A stretch of DNA of 64,000 nt from Halieaceae bacterium UBA5044 (GTDB taxonomy: Bacteria; Pseudomonadota; Gammaproteobacteria; Pseudomonadales; Halieaceae), in NCBI GenBank assembly GCA_002416125.1, contig DIBU01000008.1:79665-143664 (forward strand), written 5' to 3'. The position numbers and the translations under genes were made by a program. Below the pieces are notes generated by a model. It saw only the letters and a program-made list of their open reading frames with translations. It was not told the origin of the DNA and did not search any database. Below are positions 61,774 through 64,000 of the stretch, one piece after another (position 1 is the stretch's first letter; the number at the start of each line of letters is the position of its first letter).

Positions 61774-63276
61774 ATGGAACTGTCTGTTGTTTACAGCCGC
61801 GCTGCAGTAGGCATTGAAGCCCCCCTGGTCCAGGTGGAAACCCACCTGGGCAACGGGCTGCCGGCTTTCCAGATTGTCGGACTACCGGAAACCGCTGTCC
61901 GGGAGAGCCGCGACCGGGTGCGTTGTGCACTGCAACAAGCCCATTTCGAGTTTCCGGATCGCCGTATTACCGTGAACCTTGCGCCGGCTGACCTGCCCAA
62001 GGAGGGTGGGCGCTTCGATCTGCCCATCGCGCTGGGTATTCTTGCGGCTTCCGGGCAGTTGCCAGCGGCTGCTCTGACCGCCCACGAATTTATTGGAGAG
62101 CTGGCCCTGACCGGTGCCGTGCGCCCGGTGCCGGGCATCATCCCTGCTGCGCTTGCCTGCAGCGCGGCAGATCGCGCCCTGGTCACCCCGGCGGCGAGTG
62201 CTGCGCTGGCCGCCGCCGTCCCCGGGAGCCGTATCATCGCCGCAGAGGACCTGCTCACGCTGTGTGCCCACCTCAACGGCCGCCACAGACTGTCAGTACA
62301 GGAACACGAGCCACAGCCGCAACCGGCGATGCCCTACCCCGACCTGGCGGACGTCGCCGGGCAGGCGCTGGCGCGGCGCGCGCTCGAAATAGCGGCCTCT
62401 GGCAATCACAATCTGCTCCTGGTGGGGCCACCCGGTACGGGAAAAACCCTGTTGGCGAGCCGTTTACCCGGCCTCCTGCCTCCGCCGGACACGCAGGAGG
62501 CCCTAACCTGCGCGGCCCTGCACAGCTTTCACGACAGCACCAGCGTGGAACACCTCTGGCGGCGGCCCTTTCGCCACCCGCACCACAGTGCCAGCGCCGC
62601 GGCACTCATTGGCGGCGGCGCGCGACCACGGCCGGGCGAGGCCAGCCTTGCCCATGGCGGTGTTCTGTTTCTCGACGAACTGCCGGAATTCAGCCGCCAG
62701 GCGCTGGAAATGCTGCGCGAGCCCCTGGAGGCCGGCGCCGTCACGCTGTCCCGCGCTGCACACAAATTCACCTATCCCGCGCGGTTTCAACTGATCGGGG
62801 CAATGAACCCCTGCCCCTGCGGCTACTATGGCGACCCGGAGCACAGCTGCCGCTGCACCAGCGAGCACATCCAGCGCTACCGGCACCGACTGTCAGGTCC
62901 ACTGCTCGACCGTATCGATCTGCATGTCAGCATGCAACGACTGCCGGCGCGCCTACTGCTGGAAACACAAGCGAAAGGGGAATCGTCAGCCGCCGTGCGG
63001 GAACGTGTGCTGGCGGCCCGACAACGGCAGCAGGCACGCCAGGGGTGCAACAACGCCGCGCTGTCGGCACAGGCTCTGGCGACACAGTGCGTGATGCGGC
63101 CCGCAGCACGCCAACAGCTCGAGCAAGCGGCCGATGCGCTGCAGCTTTCGGGGCGAGGCCTGCACCGCAGCCTGCGCGTGGCGCAGACACTGGCGGATAT
63201 GGAGGGTGCCGACTGTATCGACCTGCAGCACGTCACCGAGGCACTCGCCTTCCGCGAGCCCATGCCGTTGCCGTGA
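61774..63276 (+). CDS. yifB: YifB/ComM-family Mg-chelatase-like AAA+ ATPase
   Basis: Lon-protease-like N-domain (LPAFQIVGLPETAVRESRDRV), Walker A GPPGTGKT, Walker B VLFLDELPEF, and a CPCGYYGDPEHSCRC zinc motif. Confidence 0.9.
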   Translation: MELSVVYSRAAVGIEAPLVQVETHLGNGLPAFQIVGLPETAVRESRDRVRCALQQAHFEFPDRRITVNLAPADLPKEGGRFDLPIALGILAASGQLPAAALTAHEFIGELALTGAVRPVPGIIPAALACSAADRALVTPAASAALAAAVPGSRIIAAEDLLTLCAHLNGRHRLSVQEHEPQPQPAMPYPDLADVAGQALARRALEIAASGNHNLLLVGPPGTGKTLLASRLPGLLPPPDTQEALTCAALHSFHDSTSVEHLWRRPFRHPHHSASAAALIGGGARPRPGEASLAHGGVLFLDELPEFSRQALEMLREPLEAGAVTLSRAAHKFTYPARFQLIGAMNPCPCGYYGDPEHSCRCTSEHIQRYRHRLSGPLLDRIDLHVSMQRLPARLLLETQAKGESSAAVRERVLAARQRQQARQGCNNAALSAQALATQCVMRPAARQQLEQAADALQLSGRGLHRSLRVAQTLADMEGADCIDLQHVTEALAFREPMPLP

Positions 63277-63302
63277 GCGGGGCCCTCCTGCCCTGCGCTC
63301 GC

Positions 63303-64000
63303 TCAGGCGCCGCCTGGCGCTGGCCCCATGAATTTACTTTGCACAATACGGAAGCGGTTGCTGACAAACGCCAGATCCGCGAGGCAGGCGTTACCTGCCG
63401 GGTTCAGGCCGGTGACATGAAAGTCTGAGTAGGCGGCGGCAAAATTGATCGGCATGCCGGTGAGGTTGCAGGCCACGGACGCGCCCGCAGCGTGATAGGC
63501 GTCCACAGCCTCGGCGAGGAATGCCGGGTCCGTCGAGTACACATGGGAGGTGATCGCACCACAGTCGCGGGCATTGCCGGTGGCATCCTGCAGACAGGCG
63601 TGCGCATCGGCATTGGCAATGATGAACGACACCGGCCCGAACACCTCTTCCCGGTACCAGTCACGATCCGCCTCGGTGGCAGCAATGACCAGCGGCGTCG
63701 CCGTACGTGCGGCCGGGTACCCCGGGTTTGCATAGGGGGCCGAGTCGCGCAGGATGCGCTGCTGCGCTTTGGCCAGCCCGCGATAGCGATCGACATTGGC
63801 TTGCACCGCCGGGTCAAACAACGTGCCACAGAGCGTCGCTGCAGCGCGCGGGTCGGCCAACCAGCCGTCCACCGCATCACAGATTGCAGCAGCAACCTCG
63901 GCGTGCGGTATGGAGTGACCGGCCACGCGCACCCCCGTGGCCGGTATGTGAATATTCTGCACGCTGGTGCACATCTGGGCCGAGGCCTGGCAGAGGGAGT
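63303..64000 (-). CDS. aldehyde dehydrogenase family protein (PaaN-like), C-terminal part; gene continues beyond the window end
   Basis: The frame stays open to the window edge. It contains the catalytic Cys context ..SAQMCTSVQNIHIP and EEVFGPVSFI, typical of ALDH enzymes. Confidence 0.7.
   Translation of the reverse strand, partial: SLCQASAQMCTSVQNIHIPATGVRVAGHSIPHAEVAAAICDAVDGWLADPRAAATLCGTLFDPAVQANVDRYRGLAKAQQRILRDSAPYANPGYPAARTATPLVIAATEADRDWYREEVFGPVSFIIANADAHACLQDATGNARDCGAITSHVYSTDPAFLAEAVDAYHAAGASVACNLTGMPINFAAAYSDFHVTGLNPAGNACLADLAFVSNRFRIVQSKFMGPAPGGA

Overview
GC-rich gammaproteobacterial chromosomal segment. The gene order argH / algZ-algR-hemC-hemD-hemX-hemY and lptM-lysA-dapF-DUF484-xerC-HAD matches Pseudomonas-like and marine Oceanospirillales/Cellvibrionales genomes. 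The window is densely coding, with about 60 protein genes. I found no rRNA, tRNA, CRISPR array, transposase or prophage signature by eye. Many long ORFs in the six-frame track are alternate-frame or antisense artefacts of the high GC content, and several true genes have spurious N-terminal extensions there, which I trimmed. Roughly 1-40.4 kb is ordinary housekeeping: an RND efflux pair, two phasin-like genes with a PhaD-like TetR and a TonB-dependent receptor, Prx5 peroxiredoxin, a DASS transporter, moaA plus a MoxR/VWA pair, pilU, an Omp85 protein, gshA, dsbB, rsd, FKBP, yheS, trxA, rho, ubiD, the hem operon, algZR, argH, and the lysA-dapF-xerC block. The interesting part is 40.5-61.4 kb, a contiguous block of nitrogen-scavenging units. 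(1) A minus-strand operon has an ABC importer, two DUF1989 proteins, a urea-type carboxylase, allophanate hydrolase and a trailing P-II gene. It is preceded by a clear guanidine-I (ykkC) riboswitch and a sigma54-type promoter, so it is best read as a guanidine carboxylase pathway. (2) A divergent sigma54-type promoter shares an NtrC-like enhancer region with that operon. It drives an uncharacterised operon: a xylose-isomerase-like TIM barrel translationally coupled to a membrane di-iron desaturase-family protein, plus a second NitT/TauT-type ABC importer. (3) A type III glutamine-synthetase-like gene with a TetR gene lies divergent from a MetX-like alpha/beta hydrolase, across a palindrome-rich operator region. 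(4) An NtrC/sigma54-type promoter precedes TorF-family porin-glnK-amtB. The uncharacterised operon (2) and the P-II paralogue attached to the carboxylase operon are my best candidates for undescribed biology. All functional calls come from reading translated sequence motifs and gene context, not from database searches.
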